This document shows positions 23,703 to 37,400 of a stretch of DNA of 64,000 bases, piece after piece (positions within the stretch are counted from its first letter, which is position 1; the number at the start of each line of letters is the position of its first letter). The position numbers and the translations under genes are program-made. Source of the DNA: Octopus vulgaris (Eukaryota); NCBI GenBank assembly GCA_951406725.2, contig OX597818.1:105400001-105464000 (forward strand), given 5' to 3'. The notes under the pieces were generated by a model, which was not told the DNA's origin, did no database searches, and saw only the letters and a list, made by a program, of their open reading frames with translations.

Positions 23703-24259
23703 ATATATATATATACATACACTCTCTCTCTCTCTGTATATATATATATCAACAAGCGCACATCAGCTGCTATATATAGCACACACACAGTCGTCCACAC
23801 ATATATACTCACACTTGTCCCCAATCACACATACACATTCACACACACCATTATCAGATACACATGTGCATTTGCGCGCCTTAGTTTGTTGAGGTCACCA
23901 TTGCTGTTATTATTATTATTATTATTGTTGTTGTTGTTGTTATTGTTATTGTTGTTATTATATTACCTCCCTTTCATTCAGCCTCTTATTTCCAGTCATC
24001 TGGCTATGTTGAATGATTGAACTCTGCATATTTTTCTCTATCTGTTTTTTGTCATTCTCTCTCCATTTTTTTTTTTTTTGCCTCTTAATCATTTTCCGAA
24101 GAGTGTAGGCACAAAATATAAAATACTTTTCCATTCTCCTGAGCATTAAACCAATATACCTTTTTGATGTTCCTACACCTGTCTTCATCTTTTGTTTTCT
24201 GTAAATTTGAACTATATATATATATATATATATACGCACACACACACATAAATATACAT

Positions 24260-24865
24260 ATTTAATGTCTGTTTTCCATGCTGGTATGAGTTGGATGGTT
24301 TGACAGGTGGTGGCTAGGCTTCATATCTGTTTTGACATAGTTTCTATGGCTAGATTCCCATCGTAATGCCAACTACTTTCTAAAGTGTACTGCTTCCATA
24401 CCTGAAATTTCTTCTCTAGTTCTGCTAGTGATTCAGCAAGGTCATCAGTGTAGATAAGTTCGGAAAGGCAGCCAGTCATAAATTCCTCTATTATAGCCTG
24501 GAAGACTATGATAAACAAGAAGGGACTGAGAACCAATCCCTAGTGAAATCCTGCTTGCACACTAAATTCCTTGCTTTACTCATTGGCAACTTTCACTTTT
24601 CTGACAAAATCCCTGTACATGGCTTTTACAGCTCTCACCAATCATTTGTTTATCCCTAGCTTCCAGATTGCCCTCCAGAAAAGGGAGCGGGGTACCCTGT
24701 CAAATGCTTTCTCATGTCAACAAAAGCCAGATACAGAAGTTGATTTTTGGCCAAGTACTCCTGCTATTGCCTCACCAGAAAGATGACAGTAGTGCTTCTT
24801 CCTGACACAAAACCAAACTGTCTCTTTTAGGCTAACTCTCTTCCTAATTAATTGAGCCGTGGTCC
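24260..24865 (-). mobile_element. Decayed RTE LINE RT fragment
   Basis: VLSPFLFIIVFQAIIEEF..ELIYTDDL (YADD-equivalent motif). Confidence 0.8.
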
Positions 24866-24936
24866 AGCAATTTGATGCCTCTGTAACACACACACACACA
24901 CATACACACAAACACATACATGCATACATATATATG

Positions 24937-24971
<35 letters not shown>

Positions 24972-25689
24972 TCTCGGAGTTGTTGGCATTAGGAAGGGCA
25001 TCCAGCTGTAGAAACTCGGCCAGATCAGATTGGAGTCTGGTTCGCCAGACCTCAGTGAAATCGTCTGACTCATGCTAGCATGGAAAGCGGACGTTAACTG
25101 ATGATGATGATGATGATGATGATATATATGTATATATGTATATATATGTAAGGTGTCTTCAAAGCAAAACTGGATCTCCTCCTGTCAAGGATTCTGAATG
25201 AGCCTATCTCACGGCAGGATACACAGATAAGGGCAGAAGCATGAAATTCCCTTCTTCACCAAATGCCACATATCATAGGAGGTTTCAAAGAGTGAAAATG
25301 TAACAAAACCAATGTTTATATGTAGGTGCAACTTTGTTATGTGGTCTACAAGGGAGATTACTTGAGGTTACTTTTAAATTATTTTGTACATATTTAGCAT
25401 TGTAAATACATTTTATCAAATTCTTACTATTTTAATTAGAAGAAAACCATATAATAATTAAAATAAGCGCGTAGATCTCCCACCAAAGTAAATTTGCTCT
25501 TGTAGATAACACGGAAAGTAGCACTAGCACAAAGTAAACTAAAAAGTAACCTAAATTAATCTCCCTTTAAATTGTAGATCCCACGCTCAAGTGGCACCTT
25601 TTTTTTTCTTATTAAATGATGTGAATTTAGTGCTGATTTCTTGTAAAAATGCAACTGGCTTCATCTCAAAGCTGATCACATTGCAAAAA

Positions 25690-27860
25690 AGCAACTGCTT
25701 TCATCTTGACACTGATCACATTGTAAAAATCTTTAGCCAACATCTTACAATCAACCTTGTCCCATTGCATAATTTAGGAGGATCTAAATATAGGACCCTT
25801 ACCTTCAGAAAAATTCTACATGGTGGAATTCCAGGTGGCTCAGGAGAATCAAGGAACTTTGTTGGGTAATGGACAGCTTGATTTTCATCAAGGACTGAAT
25901 CAACTGATTTGCACTCTTTAATGATTGTTGGGATCTTATTTGTTAATCCTTGCAACTGTTTCATTTTTTTGAGCAAGAATTGCCCTTTCACACAACCATC
26001 TATGAGAACTACAATTATTACTTAAGTCTGGAAATACCCTGTTCTTCAATTCAGCTGGGGAATTCACCATGATAGCAATATGAGCCAAGCTGATATCACC
26101 ATTCCTATCAAATGGTACTTTCCCATTTCCTAATTGGAGGAGCCAGGTTGAAAATTGTTCTGCACATTGGTCCCCATGTAATAAAGCTCGCACATTAGTA
26201 TTGAAGGAGAATTTTTGTACTTTATTCTATAGGTGCAAAGACTTAATGCATGCTTTTATTTCATCAAATCTTCTTCGCCTTGGAATGTCTGGTAATGTCT
26301 CTCTGAAGTCTTCTGATGAAACTCATGTAACTCCTCCCAAAGATTTATTGTTGCCTCTCATGTCCTGTAAGGTCTTATCAAGAGCTTCCATTCCACCTCT
26401 ATGTGACATGGTGCATTCATCCCAAATGATAAGGTGGCATTGGCACAACACTTCTGGTGAACTTGAATCTTTGCTTATGTTACAAAATGGACTGTCATTT
26501 GTCACCTGGTTTAGCAGTAATTTAAAAGCAGAATGGGCTGTTCACCCTCCTGAGAGGAATGGTGGCAGCAAAGTCAAACAATCCTACAGCAACTGCAATT
26601 CTTTTTTCTTGCCTTACCTTGGAGAGAAGCAATGTTGTTACAAATGTTTTACCTGTGCCACCAGGAGCATCAAGAATGAAAATTCCTCTGCTTTTTTCTG
26701 ATGATTGTCGAACACCGCACGCACACACATACACAGAGTCATATACATCTTTGAAACGAAAACATCCCTCCCTCCTGCACCCTGTAACAATGGTGGCCTC
26801 AATAAAGTGGGGCATCAGGGACTTCACTACCAAGCAGGTCCTGTTGCACTGTTTAGGTGGATAAAGCATGTACTCTTTATCCCATTTGAGTTTTATTGAA
26901 TGATTGCGTAAAATTTTCTTAACAACAGGATATATTCTAAGTCTACACATGCACACACACTTGGAGTTATTGTTGTTGTTTTGAGTAAAAACATGCTGTT
27001 TGAGGTGTTCCACTCATTGGATGGTAGGTTCTTTAGTGGATGGATTAAAGCAGTGGTTTATTTCTAGTATCATTATATCATCGAAGATTTAATGGCAGGA
27101 GATAAGTTTCAGCGAGGGCTATCCTTTGTTTTGAGTTACAGAGTTGTCAATAATCTATCAACTGTTAAGGTACAACATTTGGTAAATTCTGTAAAAAATA
27201 TTTATTTGTTTTTTCAACTGGAATTGTACATTTTGTTTGATGTCAGCAAAAAGTGCAAAGAGAAAGAAAATGATAGGGATGGTGGAATGCGAGATATAAA
27301 GTGTGTATGTGTTGATGTGTGTGTGTGAGGGAGAGAGAGTGACAGCATACATTTAAAAAATTTTTTCTCGCATCTTTTTTGAGTGATTGACTGACTGAGA
27401 GAGTGTGTGATAGCGTAACTACTCTCTCTGTCTCTCAGTCAAACGCACACTAAAAAAATTGCAAGAAAAAGTAAATAAATAAAATTTACACTATGTCTCT
27501 CTCTCTCTCTGTCTCATACGCACAGTAACACACACCTCTTTCTCTGTCAATCACTCACACACTCACTCAAGAAAGATGCGAGGAAAAATAAATTTTAAAA
27601 TGTAGTCACTCTCCCTCACACACAGTACAGTTCGCCATTGCAAGAAGGGGACTTAACTCATGTTACAAATTTGGTAAAAGTTAAGGTTGAAAATCGATTT
27701 TTACTTGTATCCATGGGTGCCTCAGGAAAAATAAGTTGACAAAAGCACAGCCATGGTCGTGACCAATGTCCCCCCTCAAACTGGAGCGACATGCGTGCTA
27801 ATTTGTGGACGTGCATAAATTACATTCATGTACACACACACACACATCCTACCTTTTATA
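25690..27860 (-). mobile_element. Helitron helicase remnant (copy 2)
   Basis: ILDAPGGTGKTF, LIIWDECTMSH, WLLQLGNG, RAILAQKNETVARIN and PPKLCNGTRL motifs; A|TCTAT-like 5' end near 27858. Confidence 0.88.
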
Positions 27861-30800
27861 GATATAGATACATGCACATTATATATATATATGTATATAC
27901 AGACACATACACATATATATAATCTTGAAAAACTGTATCGATTAAAATACTTGAGAACCTTTAACGAATATATAAATTACAGGAACGAATTTCAAAAGAT
28001 ACATCATGTCAGAATTTAAAAGTACACCACAGGATCACTTAGTAAACCATTAACGTCTAGTTTGCATCTGCTTGATGTTGAATGATTCTAATGTTAGTTA
28101 TCTCTTGTGCCTTTTTTTTTTTTTTTTTGGGTCTCTACAAGTGTCTTATTTAAACATTATCTGCTTGAAAGACAACTGACAAACAGTCTTGCTTTTTCAG
28201 CTCAATAAATTATTTCAACCAGGAAACACTGAGTAGCTATAATTGCAAGATTTGTGGTTTTTAATTTTAGATTTTATACATATGAGAGTGGAGCAAATCA
28301 AATCCCTTTCTCTTTTCAGCAGGAACAAAGAACCTATCGTATGGAAAAAAAATCTCTTTATACTACATATCAATATCAAATTGATGCAAAGCTTTTCAAG
28401 TTTTCTAGAAGTATACACCTTGCTTAATAGTCAAAATGGATAGTTCTGTGTTCGTTGTTTAACTGTTAGTAATAAGAATGGAACAGGAAATAAACTGCTT
28501 GTTCTGTTTACACTGTAACTGTTAAAGTTATGACTGCATGGATCTTGTAGGAAGATATTCCAAATAACCTCATTCTCACAAGTACACAAACACATGTAGT
28601 AGCACTTAAACTCAAGGTGAGGAGTTTGGCATTTGAATATGGGAGTTGACTTTATAAGAAGATAACCCAGTTTTGAGTGGTAAATGTTAGTACTAGTAAA
28701 CATTGCTTGCATAATTTTCTTAAGTAACTGGACACCTGAAGCTTCATTCCTGGGTCATGCAACTAGTAGCTTCGATTATCATAATGTAACCTGTGTTTTC
28801 AATATCTGTGGAACTGAGAAGTATGGATTTACTCCAGATAAAGTCTGAAAACTTGATAAAAGTCAATGTATGACAGTGAAGTCCATGAAAAATCATTCCT
28901 GAAAAAGAGGGCAAATAAGCTGGGATCATAGTATCATCAAACTATTGGTAACTTTGTTGTGTAATCAGTGCTATAGGTAACATTTCTTTCTATATATCTT
29001 TCATATTGTTCACTCGAGTTCCCTTTAAGAACCATTTACTGTGGTGCACGACTATGCTCTATTAGTGTGGCACATCCCACCAGCTGGATGACAATAGCAA
29101 AATTTCCTGCTTTTATGTATTTATAGTACACCAGGTAAAAAAAAAAAAAAGGATTTTAACATTCATGACAATCAGGTAAGTCACACAGTGTAGTAATCAT
29201 TCCTGATATCCAAGAGAATGGAGTAATATTGTTTCCCCCTACAGTTTACACAAGCTGCCCCTTGAAGGGACTGTTCTAGAGTCTTTCAAAAACCAGTACA
29301 ACTCTGCTGCCAACAAATGGATGAAGGCAAACAGTGTGATGATATTCATGGATCACTTGGGAAGATATTTCTCAAAGAAATATCTCCCACCATCAGCAGG
29401 TCAAGTCACAGAGGAGTAACATTTATTCTCAAGACCATAACATCTTAACTGAGGGTGATTTTTGCTCCTTCCAATGTGACATCCTTTAAACATTGAAGAC
29501 TCCACTACAACAGGTGTAACAACTAATTCCATTGGCTAATTCTATGGCTGTAACATCAAACCAACCAGAACCTACATGTTCATGTTTCTTAATGCCAAGG
29601 GACATTTATCCTTTCACTGAAGCTGGCCCAAGTGAAGACAAGAGAAAACATAAAATGTTGTTCATGGCATGTAACTAGAATAATGTATGTAGTGATAATA
29701 ATGAACTGTTGAAACTGCTATTTTATAATCTGACAAGCTGTTAACTAGTGCGGGCAATGTCTTTCCTGTACCAAACCAGTTTTAAAAATAATACATTTCT
29801 CTTAACTCTTCAGTATTTCTTTTTAATTGTCCCTAAAACCTATCTCATTCAGTTTGGTAGTCAAATTTGTTTTAATCTAAAACCAAAATCTGCACCTAAG
29901 GTTTTGTTTTTACCAACTAATTTGTAGCCTTGTGTTAGCGTAAAAATTACCTTATTTTTTGCATCTAGAGTACAAGACACCATTAAGATAACTGCCCGCT
30001 AATTTCTGTAGTGCCTTTCATTTTTCTGGAATTCATAACATAAGTACTTGTCAAATACTGGGGTTAACTGCTTATGCCTTGCCTCATATCTTAACTGAAC
30101 AAAATGTTTTGTAGTATTTATCTGTCTCTTTATATTCCGAATATTACTCTTTTATTCCTCCAGGATATTAATCACCCCAAAATTTATGTAGTTCTAACGT
30201 TATAAATCTTTATAGGAATGATTAAACAGCCATATTAAAGTATAAAATTTAGCTCAAGGTTTGCAATTTGAAAACAAGTAGTCAACTTTCATCTTTAGAC
30301 ATTTATCTCTCACAAGTTAGTTGATAAAATGAGTACCAGTCATAGTTGGTTCCCTACAAAATATGTGGCCTTATGCCACTGTTAAATCTTGTGAATTTGA
30401 TAAGGTAATTATTCATTTCCCTGAGAAGGAACATTTCTTTAATTGCAAAATATACAAAGTACTATAGAAAAGTTCAAACTATTTTGTACAGGGGTTAGCA
30501 AATAGGATTTATTATAAATTTTCATTATTACATGCTTCTACAAAAAAATTACAATACAATTTAATTATAACATGCAAATATGAATCCTAGCTTGCAAGTT
30601 GTCATCTTTCAACCTGAAACTAAGTGTTTGTTGTCAATGTCAGTGTACTGAGTTGCCTCATCAAGACTAAGTTCTTGATCACTTAGTCCAACTAGTAAGA
30701 AACTATAATTCATCAGTGTTCTATTTACATAACAAAACTGAATTCAAATCCTCCTGTGAATACAAATGATTGATTGATTGGTATTGTATCTTGGAAGAAA

Positions 30801-31784
30801 CAGGGATCTAAACCCTCAATGACAAACTAATAATGTAAGCTTACTTTTTATACATGCACACGTTTTATGCATTTTACCAAGGCAGAGACAATTTTGTAAT
30901 TGGGGAAAAAGCATGGTTGATTGATTCAGTTTTAACACTAATACACACACACACACAAAGAGAGAGAGAGAGTATGCTAATAACCACAAGGAAAGTTCAT
31001 ACTTTTGTAGAAAAGCCAATCCATTTTAGGATGGTGGTTGTTGAGAAAATATTGACAATGACCTTCATATAAAGTCATATAAAACATCAGCATTAGCAGA
31101 CCTATACAACCCAATACCTTTTGGAATTTTTTTTCTTATTATTGAAAGAGAATAGAGAAGAAAAATCTCAGAATCTCCTGAATGACACTACCAAAACCAT
31201 CATGTAGAATAATTGATAATAAATTAGAAATTTTAGTAACAAATTCTCAGATTTATGAAAGAAGTGAAATGATGACATTCCAAGTGACATTAATATGGTT
31301 TCACAAGCATAACATTGAAAGCAGAGAATAGAATCAAATCATAAGGAGCTTACTTTCATATTTAAGATGCTCACTGCATTATATAAAACAATATCAACAA
31401 ATATTTATGATGATTATATAGTTTATTTAAAGACCCAGCAGTTTAGAAATGGAAAAAAAGTTGGTTTAAATCATTCAAGTCAAATCAAACTGATCTATGA
31501 AAATAAACAGAAAATGTTCTTTTATATATATATTCATATACAAAAGAGAGGGGAGGAAAAATATAATGGTGATGTAAAAGGATGACAAAAATATCACACA
31601 GCTACTGATGGCTGTGAATAACGACTGAATCTTCTATCTCCTTCTTTCTAGGAGATCTGGGACTGATATATATGGTAAGCTACTTGCTTGTAGCTACACT
31701 AAAGGATGGCAAAGTACACAGAAAAGAGCCTTTCATAGTCAGTGTTCTTTATGTTCCTGAAACTACACATTAATTTAAAACAAA

Positions 31785-34700
31785 TTAATGAGGCCTTGGC
31801 CAGCGTGGTGGGCCACTTGGTCTCATGCCACGTGGTGGTCCGCCTCTCCCTTCAAATCTTGGGGGTCGTCGAGGCCCCATTCCACGCATATTACCTTGAT
31901 TCCAACCACCAGGGCCATTGAAGTCAGACCCATGATCGCGTGGAGCCATTCCTCGGGGCCCTCCTCGACGTGGCCCTCCATCAAAACGAGGTCGTGGTCC
32001 ACCAGGTCCATCAAAATTAGGACGTGGTCCTCTTGATTGATTCATTGCACCTCGATGCCCCATAAAGCGGCCGGGAGGTCCATGATCTCTGTTCATGTCA
32101 CCAAGACCACCAAAGCCACCAAACTGTCCAGGACCCATATCCATACAACGATCCCCTTCAGGGAAGAAATCTGGTCTTCCCATTCCAGAATGATCCATTC
32201 GCCCTCCTGGCCCACTGAAACGGCCCATTTGATCCATTCGATTCTCACCAGAATCTACATCCCTGTCGGGGCGCCCACGGTCTGAACGCCGAGTGTCTCT
32301 TTCAGGTTTGTCCCCACTGTTCTTGTCTTCATTTGAACCACTACGATCAGTTTTCTCATTTCTCTCACTCTTGTCAGACACATTACTACGTTCTGATTTC
32401 TCAGTTGCAGTTCCAGGCCGATCTGTTTTCTCATTTGTTGCACTCCTCTCATTTTTCTCTCCACTACCACGATCTGCTTTGTTTCCACTTTTCTCTGATT
32501 TCTCCCCACTACTCCCACGTTCAGACTTCTCGCCTGAGCTACTGCGGTCAGCTTTCTCTGTACTGCTACTACCTCCACCACTACTACTACTGCGATCTGT
32601 TTTCTCATTGCCCCTATCCGATTTGTCATTGCTGCTACTACTGCCACCACCACGATCAGAGCGGTCTCCACCACGATCAGACCTGTTGCTATCACGATCT
32701 GACCGCTCACTACTACGATCTGTACGACTGCTGTCTCTTTCAGACCTATCAGAGCTACCACGCTCAGGTCGGCTACTGTCACGATCTGATCGGCTTTCTC
32801 TTTCTGAACGGTCACTGCTACGATCCAGCCTATCGCTTCGGTCAGATCTATCACTTCGGTCTGGCCGATCCCCACGATCAGACCGATCCCCACGATCAGA
32901 CCGACCTTCACGATCAGAGCGTCCGTCTCTATCAGATCTATCTCTTTCAGAACGACCATCTCTGCGATCAGATCTGCCATAGTTGCTTCGATCTGATCTA
33001 CCATAGTTGCCACGATCTGATCTTCCATATCCACCACGATCAGATCTACCATATCCACCATGATCAGATCTGCCCCCCATGTGGTCAGGTCTGCCCCCCA
33101 TGTGGTCTGGTCTCCCACCCATATGATCAGGTCTGTTACTCATATGATCAGGCCGCCCTCTCATCTGGTCGGATCTTCCCCCCATCTGGTCAGATCTTCC
33201 ACCCATCTGGTCAGGCCGCCCACCCATGTGGTCAGGTCGTCCCCCTAATTGATCCATTTGTCCGCCCATGTGGTCAGGCCTTCTATTCATATGATCTGAT
33301 CGTTGGTGGCCCATATTTGAACTACTGTCCCCATAATTCCCTGGCAAGCCCATCCCTTCTGGAATCTGGGTTGAAATAGCCGGAGAAGGATCAGCATCAC
33401 TCCATCGGGTTCTCCGCTGATTTTCACTGCGACCTCCTGGCTTTTTAACCTCATCTTTTGGTTTTGATGATGAATAATCAGAATATCCACCACCACCGCC
33501 ATAGTTCCCTTGACTATCTGGCTTATCCCCACCCCACCTCTGTCTGCCTCCAGACTGCCACTGATTCTCATTGCCAGGACGTGGCTGGTTATAACCTGAG
33601 CTTGATAACATAGAGCTACTGCCTGATTGTCCTATATCAGACCTGTAGCCATGCTGATCAGGTCGATTACTGTTGTCAATGCCACGATTCCCAGGTTGAT
33701 CATAACCTCCATATTGACCCTGCTGATAACCACCATATGATTGCTGACCGCCAACATTGCCACGCTGGTTTGGTTGGTTAATACCACTGCCACCGCTGTT
33801 ATATTGATTGTTTTGATTGTTTGTACCATAAGATCCTTGGTTTTCAGAATATCTGTTGCCACCACCATAGAAGTTCTGGTTGCCCCCAGAAAACTGATTA
33901 TTATTGCCGCCACTGCTGCTGCCACCACCACCACTTCCACTGTTATTATTTCCAGAATTACCATATTGATTTTGGTTTCTTCCATAAGAAGCTGACTGGT
34001 TGCTGCTGTACTGTGTTGGCTGAGAACCACTATAGTAATTAGATTGATTAGTATACTGGTTAGATTGGTTGGAGGTTGGGCTTTCTGAATAAGACCGCTG
34101 TTGATCACTACTGTACATGCTTACTTGATTATATTGGCCAGGTTGGCTAGAACTATACTGGCCCTGATTGCCAGGTGGCTGTTGGTACCCGCTATACTGG
34201 TTAGTGTTAGCACCATAAGAAGCTGGTTGAGCAGATCCAGATCGGTCTGGCTGGCTAGAGTTATAAGAGCTCTGTTCTGTCTGACCATATGTTGAATCTG
34301 ATGAACTGCTGTATTGTTGCTGGCGTTGGTTGTAATCATAAGAATAGTTACTGCTCTGATAGGCTGGCTGCTCATTGTAAGGTGGGGAAGTGTACTGTGA
34401 CGGCTGGCCACTGTAATTTGACTGCATGCCCCATGCCTTTGTATCAGTGCTTGTAAATTGAGGGGGTAAATTGAGCTGAGACTGGTTGTAAGAAGAATAC
34501 TGATCATTGTAACTACCAGGTTCTTGTTTCATAGGAGGTGGAGGTGGGGGTGGAGGGGGTGCAGAAGTGTTGGTGGGATTAGCAGTGCCATACCAGTTAC
34601 CAGGGCTGCTATTTACTGTACCACTGACACCGCTGCTGCCACCACCGCCACTGCTACCTGCAGATCCAGCAACCCCACTGCGAGCTGCAACATCTGCATC

Positions 34701-35237
34701 TGTACTGGAGTAGCTACCCTGATAGGACAGTGTTCCGTAGCTTGGGTTCTGAACATTGTAGGAAGCTGGGGTACTTTGGTCTCGATTGCCCCAACTAGAA
34801 GAACTAGTTTGGTACCCGTAACTGCCAGTCACTGACTGAGAACCATAGCTGCCGGCAGCACTGTTTGAACTACTGCTAGTGTATTGCCCACCATAGCCAT
34901 CATAGGCTGAACGAGACTCTGGTTTGACATGAATGTCTTGCCACTGTGGAGAATTTTCTTCACCTTCACCACCATACTCCTGTTTGATGAAATCAAGAGC
35001 ACTACTTGGGTCGGGTTTGATACGTTTCTCAGGAGGTTCTGTAACATCAGTTGCAGGACCCCATCTTGACTGGCGCCCTTCAAACCGATCTTTGTTACCA
35101 GGAGGAGGTGGTGGTGGAAGCATTGGAGTTCTCTGTCCAGGAGGAAGATCCATTTGTGGTTTTTCTACTTTAATTATTTGGTGTGGAGGAGGAGGTGGTC
35201 CTTGTGACATCCGTGGAGAAAATGGCTTTTGTGGGCT
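31785..35237 (-). CDS. HNRNPUL1: hnRNP U/UL1-family protein, terminal coding exon (1150 aa low-complexity: P-rich, SYGQN-rich, RSD repeats, RGG/PRG)
   Basis: Uninterrupted 3.45 kb ORF; acceptor TTGCAG|AGC (phase 0) matches the phase of the 38001-38076 exon. Confidence 0.88.
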   Translation of the reverse strand, partial: SPQKPFSPRMSQGPPPPPHQIIKVEKPQMDLPPGQRTPMLPPPPPPGNKDRFEGRQSRWGPATDVTEPPEKRIKPDPSSALDFIKQEYGGEGEENSPQWQDIHVKPESRSAYDGYGGQYTSSSSNSAAGSYGSQSVTGSYGYQTSSSSWGNRDQSTPASYNVQNPSYGTLSYQGSYSSTDADVAARSGVAGSAGSSGGGGSSGVSGTVNSSPGNWYGTANPTNTSAPPPPPPPPPMKQEPGSYNDQYSSYNQSQLNLPPQFTSTDTKAWGMQSNYSGQPSQYTSPPYNEQPAYQSSNYSYDYNQRQQQYSSSSDSTYGQTEQSSYNSSQPDRSGSAQPASYGANTNQYSGYQQPPGNQGQYSSSQPGQYNQVSMYSSDQQRSYSESPTSNQSNQYTNQSNYYSGSQPTQYSSNQSASYGRNQNQYGNSGNNNSGSGGGGSSSGGNNNQFSGGNQNFYGGGNRYSENQGSYGTNNQNNQYNSGGSGINQPNQRGNVGGQQSYGGYQQGQYGGYDQPGNRGIDNSNRPDQHGYRSDIGQSGSSSMLSSSGYNQPRPGNENQWQSGGRQRWGGDKPDSQGNYGGGGGYSDYSSSKPKDEVKKPGGRSENQRRTRWSDADPSPAISTQIPEGMGLPGNYGDSSSNMGHQRSDHMNRRPDHMGGQMDQLGGRPDHMGGRPDQMGGRSDQMGGRSDQMRGRPDHMSNRPDHMGGRPDHMGGRPDHMGGRSDHGGYGRSDRGGYGRSDRGNYGRSDRSNYGRSDRRDGRSERDRSDRDGRSDREGRSDRGDRSDRGDRPDRSDRSDRSDRLDRSSDRSERESRSDRDSSRPERGSSDRSERDSSRTDRSSERSDRDSNRSDRGGDRSDRGGGSSSSNDKSDRGNEKTDRSSSSGGGSSSTEKADRSSSGEKSERGSSGEKSEKSGNKADRGSGEKNERSATNEKTDRPGTATEKSERSNVSDKSERNEKTDRSGSNEDKNSGDKPERDTRRSDRGRPDRDVDSGENRMDQMGRFSGPGGRMDHSGMGRPDFFPEGDRCMDMGPGQFGGFGGLGDMNRDHGPPGRFMGHRGAMNQSRGPRPNFDGPGGPRPRFDGGPRRGGPRGMAPRDHGSDFNGPGGWNQGNMRGMGPRRPPRFEGRGGPPRGMRPSGPPRWPRPH

Positions 35238-35766
35238 CTGCAATTATAAAATAAAAAGAAAACTCAATATATAATTCAAACAACAAATGAATTCAATGAA
35301 TTCGTAAATAAAGAAGAGATTTTTTTGTTTTTCTGATGGATTGGTTTTGATGGGAGGAAGAGGGAAAGTTATCCTTAGACTAGAGAACCAACCTAAATAC
35401 CTTTAACATTTGGACCTTGATAAAGGTACTCAAAAGCCTAAGAACAGTAAGCATCTATGATGAGCTTACAGACAATTTCCATTCAATCGAATTTCTCTCA
35501 CAAGGCTTCAAGTAACCTGGGGCTATAGTTAAAGACCCGTCCCCAAAGCCATGTGATTTCATAATCACATGGTGATGCCAGCACCTATACTTGTTATGCA
35601 GTTTATAAGATGAAATAAAGGTAATGAAGATCTATTTTACCCATTCAAACAGAGAAAGAGAGAAATACATCCACATGTTCTAGAAAAAAAAGATTGTTAC
35701 AAATTATAAACTTTTACTTTATATTCTTTAACAAACGATCATCACAATCATTACTTTTCCTTTTAA

Positions 35767-37400
35767 CCCTTTCATTACCAAACTGCCCAAAGCTACCCGA
35801 AAAAAGTTCTGGTTCATATGACCAAAGCACTCAAACCTGCCTGTAATCACATATTCATATTTAAATGAGAATTTCAGTGCAAATCTCATTAGTACATTCA
35901 TGAAAACATGCGATTCCACTTGTTGACAGTTGAATTGCAGTTCCCGACATCGATTGACTGATATATAAGCTTTGTGGATTTGGGGGGATTTTTTTCTAAT
36001 TTTTTTCTGATCAATGTTTTGGAATTTGTAATACTGAAAAAAAAATGGATACTAGCTTTATTCTATCAAGCAGTGAGTCAGAATTTGAAGGATTTTCAAC
36101 TGAAGACCTTGAGAAATCTACTAAATTTGTAACTGAAAAATAAAATGTGGTATTTGATAATGAATCTGATGTTTCATTTTCCGAAAGTCAATGTTGTGAT
36201 TCCAACAACTCTGATGACAGCAATAAAGAAAACGAATTTACACCTGAATGGAGTAAGAATCTGGAAACTTACTTTTAGCAATTTTTGTGAAGAGGATGGA
36301 CCAAGTCACAATCTTTCTCAGGAAAGAAAACCAGTAGACTATTTCCTTTTATTTTTTCCTTTTAGCTTGTTTCAAATAATTACAGTGGAAACAAACCTTT
36401 ACGTTGAATATAAACAAAGCGAATAAAAAGGATAGTGTGTGGTTTCCCACAAACATAGATCAAATTAGAGCATATTTTGCCATAAATATTATTATGGGCG
36501 TTAGAAAGCTACTCAGAATTACAAATTACTGGAGTAGCGATGAACCCTTTGGAGACGAATATGTCTCAAGTATAATGACAAGGACGTGGTTTCTAAAATT
36601 AAAGCAGTATTTACATGTGAGAGACATGAGCAGTACACCAGTACATGGAGAACCAGATTTTGATCTCTTATTTAAAATAAGACCCCTCATTCATTGTGTT
36701 CAAAACACATATAAAACATTTTACAAACCAGGGAGATATCTATCCATTGATGAGAGTATGGTGGACCATAAAGGCCGAGTATGTTTTTGATAATATATGC
36801 CAGGAAAGCCCACAAAACAGGGGATCAAAGTTTGGAAGAATTGCGAATCAAATACTGGGTAGTGCTCTGGATTTGAACTTTAAACAGGCAAAAGAGACAA
36901 TTATGTAAGCCAGCATAGCCTAGGGTATGATGTGGTCTGGAGTTTATCACTTCCATACCATAACCAGGGCCGTATATTATTTTTGACCGATGGCAACACA
37001 TACATGTGCTACAGTAATCGCTAGTAGAAAAGGACTGCCACTGGATATAAAAAAAGGTGAAATAATTCAACTGCAGAAAGGAAATCTGCTAGCAACCACA
37101 TACAGAGATAAGAGGCAGATCAATTTTCAGTCTACCTGTGCACATCCACACGTAGATGAACATGGCACTTCATTTGCAAACCTCAATTATAACAGGTACA
37201 TGGGTGGTTGTAGATCGGGGAAATGGTGGCGATACCTGGTTTGGTATATAGTAAATATGAGTATTGTTAATGCATTTATACTATACACCAAACTGGGACC
37301 AGATCGAAAGCAATGCAACCATCTGCAATTCTGAGCAGATATAGCAACACAATTGAGAGCTGGTTAATCCTCAAAAAAATAAATAACTGGTGGTAGTTAC
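35767..37400 (+). mobile_element. piggyBac (PGBD4-like) transposase pseudogene in intron
   Basis: TTAA|CCCTTTCATTACC left end; LSIDESMV, YWSSDE..MTRTWF..YLHV, KIRPLI and YNRYMGG..KWWR motifs; stops and frameshifts; right TIR not found. Confidence 0.9.

Noticed and set aside
32293-33379. 229 aa and 348 aa plus-strand ORFs
   Set aside because: Antisense shadows of the repetitive hnRNP terminal exon
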